The translations under genes and the position numbers were made by a program. Of a DNA stretch of 64,000 nucleotides, positions 12,086 through 21,612 are shown in pieces (the first letter of the stretch is position 1; the number at the start of each line of letters is the position of its first letter). The DNA is from Candidatus Latescibacterota bacterium. Its GTDB lineage: Bacteria > Latescibacterota > UBA2968 > UBA8231. The stretch is from the NCBI GenBank assembly GCA_965200315.1, contig OZ241362.1:1408001-1472000 (forward strand). The letters are read 5' to 3'. The notes below the pieces were generated by a model. The model saw only the letters and a list, made by a program, of their open reading frames with translations. It made no database searches and was not told the DNA's origin.

Positions 12086-13087
12086 ATGGTCAGCGAAGCC
12101 GCACTCATCGACGCCATGACGACCCCGACGCCCGAAGTCGCAGAGGCCGTGCGCCAGTTGGACGGGCCGATCCTGCTGTTGGGGGTCAGCGGCAAGATGG
12201 GGCCGACCTTGGCTGAGCTGTTGGTACGGGCCGGGGCGCAGCAGGTGATAGGGGTGGCGCGCTTTGGGGACGCGGAAAAGCAGCGCTATTTGGAAAGTAT
12301 CGGCGTACAAACCATCGCCTGCGACCTGCTTGCCGACGATGCGCTAAAGGAGTTGCCCGATGCGCCCAACGTCCTCTTCCTCGCCGGATTTAAGTTTGGA
12401 GCCACCGGCCATGAAGACGTGACTTGGGCGATGAACACCGCGTTGCCCGGCGCGGTGATGGCGCGCTACGCCCAGTCGCGGATCGTCTATGTGAGCTCGG
12501 GCAACGTGTATGCGTATGCCAAGGCTCCGGGACCGGGGGCGGACGAAGACGGTGCTTTAGGTCCGGTGGGCGAATACGCCCAATCGCGCTTGGGCGGCGA
12601 GCGGGTCGCCCAGTACGCATCTCGGGGGCGCGGGACTCACTTGGTCATTGTGCGGCTTTTTTACGCCACCGAGCCGCGCTACGGCATCATCCGCGATCTC
12701 GCCGATAAGGTGTGGCAGGAAGAGCCGATTGACCTGACGATGGGGTACGTCAACCAAATTTGGCAGGGCGACGCCAACGCCTATCTGTGCCGCTTCTTCC
12801 CTCTGTGCCACAGCCCAGCCGACATCATCAATCTGACCGGCCCGGACACCTTATCCGTGCGCGAACTAGCCCAACAGCTAGGGAAAATCATGGGCAAAAC
12901 GCCCCGCTTCACGGGCACAGAGGCCCCGGATGCTCTCCTAGGAGATAGCCGGCGTTTGTGCGCGGAATTTGGCCGCCCGAGCGTCGGCCCAGCGCAGATG
13001 CTGCACACGGTGGCCGAGTGGGTCATGGCCGGCGGCCAGAGCTTGGGCAAGCCAACCAAATACGAATCTCGCAGCGGGCAGTTCTAA
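12086..13087 (+). CDS. NAD-dependent epimerase/dehydratase family protein
   Basis: LGVSGKMG Rossmann motif, SSGNVY, GEYAQSRLGGE, RLFYA. Confidence 0.85.
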   Translation: MVSEAALIDAMTTPTPEVAEAVRQLDGPILLLGVSGKMGPTLAELLVRAGAQQVIGVARFGDAEKQRYLESIGVQTIACDLLADDALKELPDAPNVLFLAGFKFGATGHEDVTWAMNTALPGAVMARYAQSRIVYVSSGNVYAYAKAPGPGADEDGALGPVGEYAQSRLGGERVAQYASRGRGTHLVIVRLFYATEPRYGIIRDLADKVWQEEPIDLTMGYVNQIWQGDANAYLCRFFPLCHSPADIINLTGPDTLSVRELAQQLGKIMGKTPRFTGTEAPDALLGDSRRLCAEFGRPSVGPAQMLHTVAEWVMAGGQSLGKPTKYESRSGQF

Positions 13088-13980
13088 TGACCGAGCGGAT
13101 CGCTGAGGCGGCCACCCAGTCCGTCGAGGCGCTGTTAGCGGACGGCGCGGGTGCGCTCCGAGATGGTCAATTATTGTGGTCGCTATCGCATTTGTGCGAT
13201 CAGCCGCGCTACCGGAGGCTAGCCGAGCAAGTGGCCGAGAGCCGAGGATGCGACGAGGGCGACGGCGCTAACGTCCGCGGCTCCCTCGCGTTGGCCGAGG
13301 GGCTAGCGGCCTGTGGCTATTGGGAACGGGCGCGGACGCTCGTGCTGCAAAGCCTAGCGCGTTGCGACGCGGCGGATTACATCGGCGAGTCGCCAGAGGA
13401 GCAACCCATGCCCGAGGGGGCGCGCAGCCTCGACGACTGGGCGCAGGTGCTGAGCGCGTGTACGCGCCTTTTGCACGACCATGCCGACCGCGAGTTGCAA
13501 ATAGCAGCCGCTCGCGCCGTTGCCGCCATCTTGAACTACCACTACCACCCGGACTTGGGGCTGTTGCTTTTTGCCGTCCGCGGCGACTTCTTCCGCTTTG
13601 ACGATCACTGGGGAACCTATGTCCACAGCAGGGCAGCCCTCACCGCGCTGACGGCGATGTTGGACGAGGCTGATCGCCGTGGAGAGACGCACTTGTGCTC
13701 CTTGACGGGGCGCTATCTGCGCCAACACGTAGAGGCGGCTTGGGATTCGACCACAGGTGGCAGCCGCAGGGAGTACAAAGCTGGCGTTTGGAATGCGGCA
13801 AAACCCGGGAGCGTCCAAGCCGCAGCCGCAGGTGCCTTGGCGACGTTGCACCGCTATCAGGGCGGCGACTGGGAGGCCGCGTGGCTGGAGCGAGTGCGAG
13901 GTTGTCAAAGGGATTGCCCCGCCGATCCGCTCGCCGAACTGCGCTGCTTAGTTCGCTGCACCCGTCCGGTGTATGGATAA
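13087..13980 (+). CDS. Divergent AGE (N-acylglucosamine 2-epimerase)-like (alpha/alpha)6 protein
   Basis: ILNYHYHPDLGL...MLDEADRRGE...RQHVEAAWD..GG recalls AGE-family epimerases; start overlaps the upstream stop. Confidence 0.5.
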   Translation: MTERIAEAATQSVEALLADGAGALRDGQLLWSLSHLCDQPRYRRLAEQVAESRGCDEGDGANVRGSLALAEGLAACGYWERARTLVLQSLARCDAADYIGESPEEQPMPEGARSLDDWAQVLSACTRLLHDHADRELQIAAARAVAAILNYHYHPDLGLLLFAVRGDFFRFDDHWGTYVHSRAALTALTAMLDEADRRGETHLCSLTGRYLRQHVEAAWDSTTGGSRREYKAGVWNAAKPGSVQAAAAGALATLHRYQGGDWEAAWLERVRGCQRDCPADPLAELRCLVRCTRPVYG

Positions 13981-14158
13981 ATTACTTGACATTGTAACGC
14001 GAGAAAGCGATTCTGGCCGCATAAAAGCGGTCTGAAAAGTGCGCGGGCGTCTCGCCCAAGCACCCCACCCCACACCAAGGGCGCAACTAACACACGCCCA
14101 ATGATGGCGCACAGGCAATCGAGCAGTCCTCATCACCACAAGTCAGCGGAGGTCCATC

Positions 14159-15235
14159 ATGATCGTCTATCACGGCACGACGCGACGCGACGCCCGCCAG
14201 ATCGCCCGCGACGGCTTTCAGCCGCGGTCACCCTCGCGGCGGGTGTGGCTTTCGCGGAGCAAGAGTTACGCCAAGCAGCGGGCCCACGCCAAATCGCGGC
14301 ACACGCGAGATCGCCCCATCGTCCTGGCCGTGGATATCGACCTGAAAACTCTGCGCCAGCGCTACGGCAGCCGGCAGGTGCGCGAAAGCGGCGGGGTCAT
14401 CTCGATCAACGGAGCCATTCCCGCGTCCTCGCTGCGCAGCCACTACGGGTTGGGCCTCCCGGAAACTGCCGAGGAGATCGCCCGCTGGGTCAACGCCGTC
14501 TTAGGGGTCAAGGCGCACAAAGGCGTCAGCGCCCACCACGAGGGCGTCTTGCGCTTGGCTCGCTGGATCGACAACCGGCTGGCGACCCAGCCTGCGGCTC
14601 AGCTCGGCGAGAAGGAGTTGCTCGCCCGCGCCGCCCAGTGGATTCCCGACCACTTTGCCGGAGTGGAGATCGACTTTGAGCACTTGCGGGTCTGGCCCAA
14701 GGTGGCGCGAGAAACCGCGGCGCAGCAGGCCGCGCTCGAAAGTGTCGCGCCCGTTGATAACCGCGAGGAAGAGGCCATCGCCTGCTTGGAGTCGGACAAG
14801 CCGCAGCGACAGGTGCGCGGCCTCCAGCTCTTGGCCGACCTAGCCGACCCAGACCTGTTCGAGTGGTGCGTATTGCTGCTCGGCGAGGGCCAGCCGCAAA
14901 GCGCGGCCGGCATCCTCAAGGTGATGCGGCGGTGCGAGGACATTCAGCCAGAGGTGTTGGCTCCGTACGCGGAGAGCGAGCACAAGGCAGTGCGCGGCGC
15001 AGCCATTGAGGTGCTGGTTCTGCGCGGCGGGGAGGAGGCCCCGAAGTGGTTTTGGCGCGGCCTGACCGACCCGGTGCCGCACGTGCGGCTGAGCGCGGCC
15101 AAGTTCCTCGACCGCTTGGATCCGCGTACGCATCGCGACAGCTTTGAGGCCGCGCTCTACGACCCGCACCCGCAGGTGGCGCAAGCCGCGCGCAAGCTGA
15201 CTCAGCACATGGGATTTGAGCCGTTGGCTTGGTGA
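14159..15235 (+). CDS. KptA/Tpt1-like ADP-ribosyltransferase domain fused to HEAT repeats
   Basis: N-terminal YHGT..I..DGF.P...VWLS...PIVLAVD; C-terminal HEAT repeats (AVRGAAIEVL, GLTDPVPHVRLSAA, ALYDPHPQVAQAA); GGAGG RBS. Confidence 0.7.
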   Translation: MIVYHGTTRRDARQIARDGFQPRSPSRRVWLSRSKSYAKQRAHAKSRHTRDRPIVLAVDIDLKTLRQRYGSRQVRESGGVISINGAIPASSLRSHYGLGLPETAEEIARWVNAVLGVKAHKGVSAHHEGVLRLARWIDNRLATQPAAQLGEKELLARAAQWIPDHFAGVEIDFEHLRVWPKVARETAAQQAALESVAPVDNREEEAIACLESDKPQRQVRGLQLLADLADPDLFEWCVLLLGEGQPQSAAGILKVMRRCEDIQPEVLAPYAESEHKAVRGAAIEVLVLRGGEEAPKWFWRGLTDPVPHVRLSAAKFLDRLDPRTHRDSFEAALYDPHPQVAQAARKLTQHMGFEPLAW

Positions 15236-15239
15236 ATAC

Positions 15240-15980
15240 TCAGTCGCCAAGGCAGCTCCCGATAAGATCGGGGGCTCGCGCTGCAAAACCCTTCTCGTGC
15301 AGGAGTGCAGCCCAAGAGTCGAGATAGTCTCTGAACGTTTCATTCGCGCTTGGGTCCCAATGCTCCAGCCAGCCGCAATCGCTCCATAGAGAAGGAACTG
15401 CGAGAAATCGATCTAACAGGGCAACCGCCAAGGTGCGGTTGAGTTCACGGTTGAACGGATTGGCTTCCAAGGTGTCGATATGCTGGGTCAGCCAGTGTGG
15501 AAGATCGTCACGGTTCGCTTGCACATTCCCAGTGTCGGCGGCGTAGGCCCTGAAATGTGGTGCAAATTCGACCGCGCCAGCAATCTCGACCGGGGGATGT
15601 TCTTTCCAGATCGTCGCGAGTCGATGCAAAACGAAGAGGGAAGCTAGCTCGCAGAGGCTCTCCTCGAACCACTTGTGTTTGTGTTCCCTGTGGCGATCAA
15701 AGTTGGTCATCACGTGACATAGTTCGTGAGAGAACTGGTACACGTACTGACACCAGTAAGTGTCGCGGGCGCTGATCCTGATCTCGTATGGCCGAAAGTC
15801 GTAGAATACGCGAGGGTCTTGGTTCCACCTAGCTACGCGGACCGGGGCGTCGGGAAATTTTCCAAACGCATCCAACAAGACGTCAAATGCAGATTTCAGA
15901 ACCGCATGTACCGTGCGGAGGCTTGTTCCTCCCCAGTTGCCGTTTTCTATCGAGAGGGGCGAAGCTGTTATGTCGGCCAT
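15240..15980 (-). CDS. Putative zincin metallopeptidase-like protein
   Basis: YQFSHELCH (HExxH) with downstream WFEESLCE; ATG overlaps the stop of the ATPase gene. Confidence 0.65.
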   Translation of the reverse strand: MADITASPLSIENGNWGGTSLRTVHAVLKSAFDVLLDAFGKFPDAPVRVARWNQDPRVFYDFRPYEIRISARDTYWCQYVYQFSHELCHVMTNFDRHREHKHKWFEESLCELASLFVLHRLATIWKEHPPVEIAGAVEFAPHFRAYAADTGNVQANRDDLPHWLTQHIDTLEANPFNRELNRTLAVALLDRFLAVPSLWSDCGWLEHWDPSANETFRDYLDSWAALLHEKGFAARAPDLIGSCLGD

Positions 15981-17542
15981 CACTCTTCTCCGGTAACCTT
16001 GGGCGATACACCGAGTGTACCTTTTGCCCCGCGTTCTTTGTCGCCGAGCATGCGCTGAAAGTCAACTAGGTCGCGGCAGATGTAGTTGTCGGCTTCGAGG
16101 CGTGCGCGTTGTTCTGCGGAGAACTGAGGGGAAAAAAGCGCTAGTTCCCGATGCCACTTGCGGAAGCGAGTACCGACAGTGGATAGGAAGCGATCCAGAT
16201 GTTCGTGGAATGCGCGAAGTGACTCTGAGTCGTGTTTGGCAGGGTTCCGCTTGCAGGATCCAAAGCGTATGCGTCGATCTTCCTCGTTCCACGCGATGAA
16301 ATCGATCTCCACTGATGTCTGGGCTTGCTGCGGCCTGTTCCAGTAGCCGCGAACGCGGTCCGTCAGCGGAAAATCCGCATTACCAGCGCGTGATCCTGCC
16401 TCGCTCGCGTCCCGTACCATCCGCTCAAAGGCCCGTCCCTCAAGCGTACTGAGCCGTGCGGAAATGCGCTTGGCTACTTGGGAAGCAGGCGCGATGCGCG
16501 CGGCTTGGCAGGCGGGTTGAATCACGTTGAGCCATGCACACAGGAACGGGTCGGAAACGACGTAGCGTACGCGGCGCTGTCGCTTCTCTGCGAACATGGG
16601 ATGCTGCTTTTCGATGAGCCGCAGGTCTTGTGTCAGAGTTTTCAAGTAGGGTCCCAGAGAACGCTCTGGTAAGGCTTCTTGCAAATCCGCGTGTGTGCAA
16701 GGCCCCCGCTCTGCCAGAGTGCGCAGGATGGCGATGTAGTTGCGGCGCAACTCGCGCCCGAGTAGGCTTTCGCCCTCCTCGCGCAAGGGGGAATCCGAGC
16801 GCAGGAAGAGCCGCTCACACACTTCCTGTGTCCACAGTTCCCATGCCGGAATGGCGTTTAGGCCGTCCGTTTCTGCAAAGTGCCGCCAGTACTTGGGTAC
16901 GCCGCCAAAGAGGGTCCATAAGGTCAAGCAAAACGCCGGATCGCTTGCGCCGTGATCGTGGCACACCTCAAAAATCGTTTGGATCTCCCATGGATCGAGC
17001 CGGAGGTCGAACGTCGTGCGTCCAAAAAGCGGGGCCTGTCGGTCGTTGAGCAGTGCTTCCATCTCGGCTTGGACGGAGCCGAGGACGATTAGGCCACCCA
17101 CTGTACTCCGGTCCTGAAGGCGGTCAACTTGGGCCTGAAGCAACGAAGGGAAACCGCGTAGCGGCCCACGGTGGCAGAGCTGGAATTCGTCGAGGACCAC
17201 TATCGCTCCCCCTGAGCACAGCAAACCTATAGCAGCAGCCACCCCGGGCAGATCCCTAATCGCGCTCGTGTTGAGATAGCATTCTAGTGCTGCTTCCCGC
17301 ACTGCGCTACGAAATACCGCCGCTAGGTCCTCGGGGCTACTGTCAGGTAGTTGGACCAGCAGCACTGGGGGACCGTTCGGCTTGTCCTCTGCGAGCGTCG
17401 TGAGTGCTTGTTGGATAAGGGCGGTCTTTCCGATTCGGCGGCGTCCGCGGATCGTACCGAAGAACCAGCGTTGCTGGCGCATTTCCGCTAGGAGGTTGCC
17501 CAGCTCGTCCCGGCGTCCGTAGAAAGTCCAGTCATTACCCAT
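15980..17542 (-). CDS. AAA ATPase (ATPase_2/DUF234 type) with wHTH and C-terminal PD-(D/E)xK-like domain
   Basis: FYGRRDEL, GRRRIGKT, LDEFQ, LFGR, GGVPKY, DPFLCAW, GYW..EIDFIA...GSCK. Confidence 0.85.
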   Translation of the reverse strand: MGNDWTFYGRRDELGNLLAEMRQQRWFFGTIRGRRRIGKTALIQQALTTLAEDKPNGPPVLLVQLPDSSPEDLAAVFRSAVREAALECYLNTSAIRDLPGVAAAIGLLCSGGAIVVLDEFQLCHRGPLRGFPSLLQAQVDRLQDRSTVGGLIVLGSVQAEMEALLNDRQAPLFGRTTFDLRLDPWEIQTIFEVCHDHGASDPAFCLTLWTLFGGVPKYWRHFAETDGLNAIPAWELWTQEVCERLFLRSDSPLREEGESLLGRELRRNYIAILRTLAERGPCTHADLQEALPERSLGPYLKTLTQDLRLIEKQHPMFAEKRQRRVRYVVSDPFLCAWLNVIQPACQAARIAPASQVAKRISARLSTLEGRAFERMVRDASEAGSRAGNADFPLTDRVRGYWNRPQQAQTSVEIDFIAWNEEDRRIRFGSCKRNPAKHDSESLRAFHEHLDRFLSTVGTRFRKWHRELALFSPQFSAEQRARLEADNYICRDLVDFQRMLGDKERGAKGTLGVSPKVTGEE

Positions 17543-17733
17543 GCAAATAAAGTAATTTTTTTTCCAAAGTCATTCAAGAAGTGCCTAACGCACTGATAAT
17601 AACTTTATTCGACCTATTCCATCCGCTTGATATTAGCGGTACTTAGGTCTTATTCTTAAAAAGTGCCTGATTAATCACAAGCCCCGTACCGCTGTGGTGT
17701 CGCGGGCTGCTGCTCGGACGGAGTAACTGAACA

Positions 17734-19275
17734 ATGACCGACAAACATCGCGTAGCCCTAGGGGCGATTTTCACCGAGTGCAACCAATTCGGCGGCGAGC
17801 CGATTGATCTGTCGTGGTTTGAGCGCTATGAGCTGCGGCGAGGGCGCGAGGTGCTCGCCGCCGAAGACGGAGTGGTCGGCGGTATGCTCAGCGTACTGGC
17901 GGCACGCGGCGTGGAAGTTGCGCCCCTGTTGTTTGCCAGCACCTGTCCCGGCGGGCCGCTGACGCGGGCTTGTTACGACTCGCTCAAGGAAGAGCTTTTG
18001 ACGCGGCTCAGCGAGGCGCTCCCGGTAGAGGGCGTTCTCATGCCACTGCACGGGGCAGCGGCCGTGGAGGGCGGTGTCGATTTAGAAGGAGATTTGCTAA
18101 CTGCCGTGCGAGACATCGTCGGCGACAACGTGCCTATCGTCGCCACGCTCGACCTCCACGCCCATATTTCCGCGCAGATGATGCGTGCGGCCGATGGCTT
18201 GGTGGCTTGGGAGACCTATCCGCATCGCGACGCCTTTTCCACGGGCGAACGCGGGGCGCGCCTGTTGTGCGATGTGCTCGCCGGCGCGTACAAGCCCGCG
18301 ATGGCCATGGCCAAGGTGCCGGTGCTCACCGGGGCCATTCACGGCTCGACCGAGGACGACGATCCCTTCGCGCAAGTGATGGCCTTGGCCAAGGCCGGTG
18401 AGCAGCGCGATGGCATCCTCTCGACGAGTGCAATCTTGGTGCATCCCTATCTCGATTTTGCTGGCATGGGCAGTGGCGGGCTGGTGATTGCCGACCGCGA
18501 CTTCGCCAAGGCCGAAGCGCTCGCCCGCGAGCTGGCTACGGCGTACTGGGAGCGGCGCTTTGCCTTAGAGCCAGTGCTGTTCGCGCCCGAGGACGCTGTG
18601 CGCGCTGGTTTGGCCGTGGAGGGCGGCCCGGTGGTGCTGGTGGAGGCTGCGGACTGCTGCGGAGGGGGCGCGGCTGGCGACAGTGTGGCGGCGCTGGCGG
18701 CCCTGTTGCAGGCTAAGTTGGACGGGCCAGCGCTGGTGCCCTTGGTCGATGCCCGTGCGGCTGCGGTTTGCCATCAAGCTGGCGTTGGGGCCGAGGTGGA
18801 GTTGGCCCTGGGGCATGGGCACGACCCGCGTTGGGGCCAGCCGATTGCGGTGCGCGGCCGGGTGCTGCGGTTGAGCGATGGCCGCTTCCGCTATCGGGGT
18901 GGCATTTGGGAAGGGGTCGAAGGGCAGATGGGGCCGGCGGCCGTACTCGCGCTGGGCTTCGACGACTCGACTGAGCTCGCCGAAGGACAGATTCAAGTGC
19001 TGTTGGCATCGCATCCGACTTATGAATGGGATGGCGAGCAGTTTGCGGCTTTGGGGATGGATGCGGCGCAAGCGCGCTTTATCGTCGCCAAGAATCCCAT
19101 GAACTACCGACTTGCCTTTGGACCAACAGCCCAGGCCGTTTTTGTGCTCGACACGCCGGGACCGACGCCAGCGACGGTGCGACACCTGCCCTTTGTTCGG
19201 CGAGCGCGGCCCTTTTTTCCGCTGGATTCGGATATGGCGCTGGAGATGGAAGTTTTGTGCGCGGAGGCGCGATAG
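17734..19275 (+). CDS. M81 family metallopeptidase (MlrC-like)
   Basis: FTECNQF, LHGAA..EG..DLEG, TLDLHAH, WETYPHRD. Confidence 0.9.
   Translation: MTDKHRVALGAIFTECNQFGGEPIDLSWFERYELRRGREVLAAEDGVVGGMLSVLAARGVEVAPLLFASTCPGGPLTRACYDSLKEELLTRLSEALPVEGVLMPLHGAAAVEGGVDLEGDLLTAVRDIVGDNVPIVATLDLHAHISAQMMRAADGLVAWETYPHRDAFSTGERGARLLCDVLAGAYKPAMAMAKVPVLTGAIHGSTEDDDPFAQVMALAKAGEQRDGILSTSAILVHPYLDFAGMGSGGLVIADRDFAKAEALARELATAYWERRFALEPVLFAPEDAVRAGLAVEGGPVVLVEAADCCGGGAAGDSVAALAALLQAKLDGPALVPLVDARAAAVCHQAGVGAEVELALGHGHDPRWGQPIAVRGRVLRLSDGRFRYRGGIWEGVEGQMGPAAVLALGFDDSTELAEGQIQVLLASHPTYEWDGEQFAALGMDAAQARFIVAKNPMNYRLAFGPTAQAVFVLDTPGPTPATVRHLPFVRRARPFFPLDSDMALEMEVLCAEAR
18954..18986. repeat. REP-like element inserted in frame in the M81 gene
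   Basis: GGGCTTCGACGACTCGACTGAGCTCGCCGAA is near-identical to the reverse complement of intergenic 21613-21642. Confidence 0.75.
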
Positions 19276-19329
19276 GGGGCGGCTTGAGTGTCTTGATGCG
19301 AATTGGGAGGATGTTATCTTGCGACCAAA

Positions 19330-19590
19330 AAAAGGAGTTGGCCTAGATTCCAAGCAGTTTTTGGCACTCAGTGGCCAGAACTGGAAGTATCCGAAAATGA
19401 CGTCCGTACTTCGATCTGCATCACTGATCGGCACGAAGCAATATACAAGACTGTCGAGCTTTTCGAGGAGCCGATACGCAGGCATTTACGCCAAGACGAA
19501 GCGCCGCCTACCATGTGGTTCATTGTCATACCAGAAGAAGTTTACCGCTATGGGCGACCTAAGTCGGTTGTACCGAATGTAAAGCCCTAG
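19330..19590 (+). pseudogene. Fragment of short prokaryotic Argonaute (MID-proximal region)
   Basis: WPRFQAVFGTQWP...YKTVELF...MWFIVIPEEVYRYGRPKSVVP resembles the short-pAgo pattern FPGFEAVF..W...VWFVIVPDEIYKYCRPxS; isolated, lower-GC fragment. Confidence 0.7.
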
Positions 19591-19651
19591 ACTAATGTAT
19601 TGGACGTTTTAGGTTATCATCCGGCTGCATCCACACCGGAGAAAACGGCAC

Positions 19652-21031
19652 ATGGACCCCATAACAGAGCTAGCCGCATTCGACCGCGAGACCGTCGCCC
19701 AAGCCAAAGCCGTCGAACAGCGCATCCAAGCTGAGGGCTTTGCCGCCGGGCACACCATCTGCGACGTACGCGTCTTCCGAGTGCTGATGCCCTGGGTTGG
19801 GACCAAGCGCTGGGACGGCTCGGCCGAGAATTTCACCTTTGCCGAGTTCGAGACCGATAAGGGCTTGGTCGGCGTTGCCGAGGGCACCAACGCGGACGCC
19901 GAAGAATTAAAGGGCAACGTCTTGGGCAAAAATCCTTTTGACCCAAGCATCCGCGCCGATATGGGCCTAGCCTACTGGGACCTAATCGGCAAAATCGCCG
20001 ACCGACCATTGGGCCAGTACTTGCACGAATGCTTCTCGCAGGAAACCCCCTTGGCAGAGCGCGTACCCATGTCGGCCTACACCTGGTATCGCTTCCCCGA
20101 CCTCAACGGCGAAAACGCCGTTACCTTTGAAAGTTATCCATCCTACGTGCAGGAAATTATCCACACCCACGGCTTCCACAACATCAAGCTCTCGATGTGC
20201 GATTTTGAGCCGCAGCACTACGTAGAATTGGTGCGCAACATCCGCGCGGCCGTCGGATCGGACGTGGACATTCGCGTCGATCCACACGCCTCTTGGGGCG
20301 AGGCGCAGGCACTGCGCTTTATGCGCGAAGTCGAGGACTGTCATCTGGAGTGGATTGAGGAGCCGGTCGGCGGGCGTTTTGCTCACATCTTCCGCGCCGG
20401 CCAGCGCCTGCGGCTGTTGAGCACCATACCGATCTCGTCGCACGCTTGGCTGCCGCCGCTGATCCCGCATCCCAGCACCAAGGGCCGCTACGGCGACGAT
20501 GCCCTAGACGCGACGCTGGATCTGGACGCACTGCGCCGCTGGCAGCCGGCCGACATTTCCGCTCCCGACGCCTACGCAGGGCCGCTAGCGCTCAAGCGCT
20601 ATTACGACGCGGCGCGCTTTATGGGTATGGGAATCGGCATGCACAGCGCTTATGAACTGGGACCAGCGACGGCCATCCGCCTACACATCGCCGCCTTTAC
20701 CTTTCCCTACGAAATGCCCTATCACATCGTCTGGGGGCGAGACCGCGCCTTTCCGCCCTTCTCAGCACACGCGCTTGACGCGCATTACAACCAGTGGGCC
20801 GACGACGTCATCTGCGGCGGCAAGATGGCCTACGACCAAGGATTCCTCGCCGTGCCCAAGGGGCCGGGGCTGGGCGTCGAGCTCGATCCCGAACGTCTGC
20901 GCCATTACGCCTTTAGCGCAGAAAAGGCCGCAGCCCACACCCGCCACATCGAACAGATCCGCGCAACCCATCTCGACGCGCTTGGCTGGCGGGTGGAGCG
21001 CAACGGCTGGCGGCGCTATCGGGTGCGCTAG
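19652..21031 (+). CDS. Enolase superfamily (glucarate dehydratase/mandelate racemase-like)
   Basis: ETDKGLVG, VPMSAY.WYR, IRVDPH, WIEEP, GMHS, VPKGPGLGVELD. Confidence 0.82.
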   Translation: MDPITELAAFDRETVAQAKAVEQRIQAEGFAAGHTICDVRVFRVLMPWVGTKRWDGSAENFTFAEFETDKGLVGVAEGTNADAEELKGNVLGKNPFDPSIRADMGLAYWDLIGKIADRPLGQYLHECFSQETPLAERVPMSAYTWYRFPDLNGENAVTFESYPSYVQEIIHTHGFHNIKLSMCDFEPQHYVELVRNIRAAVGSDVDIRVDPHASWGEAQALRFMREVEDCHLEWIEEPVGGRFAHIFRAGQRLRLLSTIPISSHAWLPPLIPHPSTKGRYGDDALDATLDLDALRRWQPADISAPDAYAGPLALKRYYDAARFMGMGIGMHSAYELGPATAIRLHIAAFTFPYEMPYHIVWGRDRAFPPFSAHALDAHYNQWADDVICGGKMAYDQGFLAVPKGPGLGVELDPERLRHYAFSAEKAAAHTRHIEQIRATHLDALGWRVERNGWRRYRVR

Positions 21032-21253
21032 GCTCTTTTCCTAAACCACAAAGAGCTGGAGATTTTGGATTAGCGACTAATAGTCTGCTGAGATTTACCG
21101 TTCTTCCGTGAACTTCTTTATATCTTGGCCGTAGCGTACGAGATTCTTCAGCTCTGCGCCCTCTATATGGCTCTCAGAGTCAATTCTTGGACCAGCGTGG
21201 TTGAGAGAATAGAAAGGGTAACGAGTACGTTTTTTCCAGCACTGCTTTTTTGA

Positions 21254-21481
21254 CACGAAGAACGACTAGCGCGACTCAAAGGCGTCTATGAGCACCTAGC
21301 CACCAAAACCGATATCGCCGGCCTCAAAGTCGATATGACCAACCTCGGAGCCAGTTTAAGTAAAGATTTCACTAGTCAGATACAGGACGTCAAAAAGAGC
21401 TTGAACCGACTACAAGGGGGGATCGCGGTATTGGGCATTGTAGTGATTATCCTGCAATTGTGGAGCAAATTGCCCAGCTAA
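21254..21481 (+). pseudogene. Start-less relic of a small coiled-coil/C-terminal TM protein (DUF1640/CCDC90-like)
   Basis: EERLARLKGVYEHLATKTDIAGLKVD...GIAVLGIVVIILQLW; in-frame TGA immediately upstream and no start codon before the conserved part. Confidence 0.5.
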
Positions 21482-21612
21482 AAGTCTCATCAGAACATTC
21501 CCTTTCGCGAGAACGCCCCATGGATCCCGCCGGACTAGCGAAGTCTGGATGGCACTCAGCTATTCACGCCTAAAGGCGCGGTAAAGTCCGCTTGTCTTGC
21601 TCCCGCAAGGAG

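Noticed and set aside
13986-14014. TTGACA possible sigma70 promoter
   Set aside because: The hexamer at 17-bp spacing (GATTCT) is a poor -10; not supportable.
21085-21253. Short minus-strand open frame in an AT-rich spacer
   Set aside because: No start codon and no recognisable motif; cannot be assigned.
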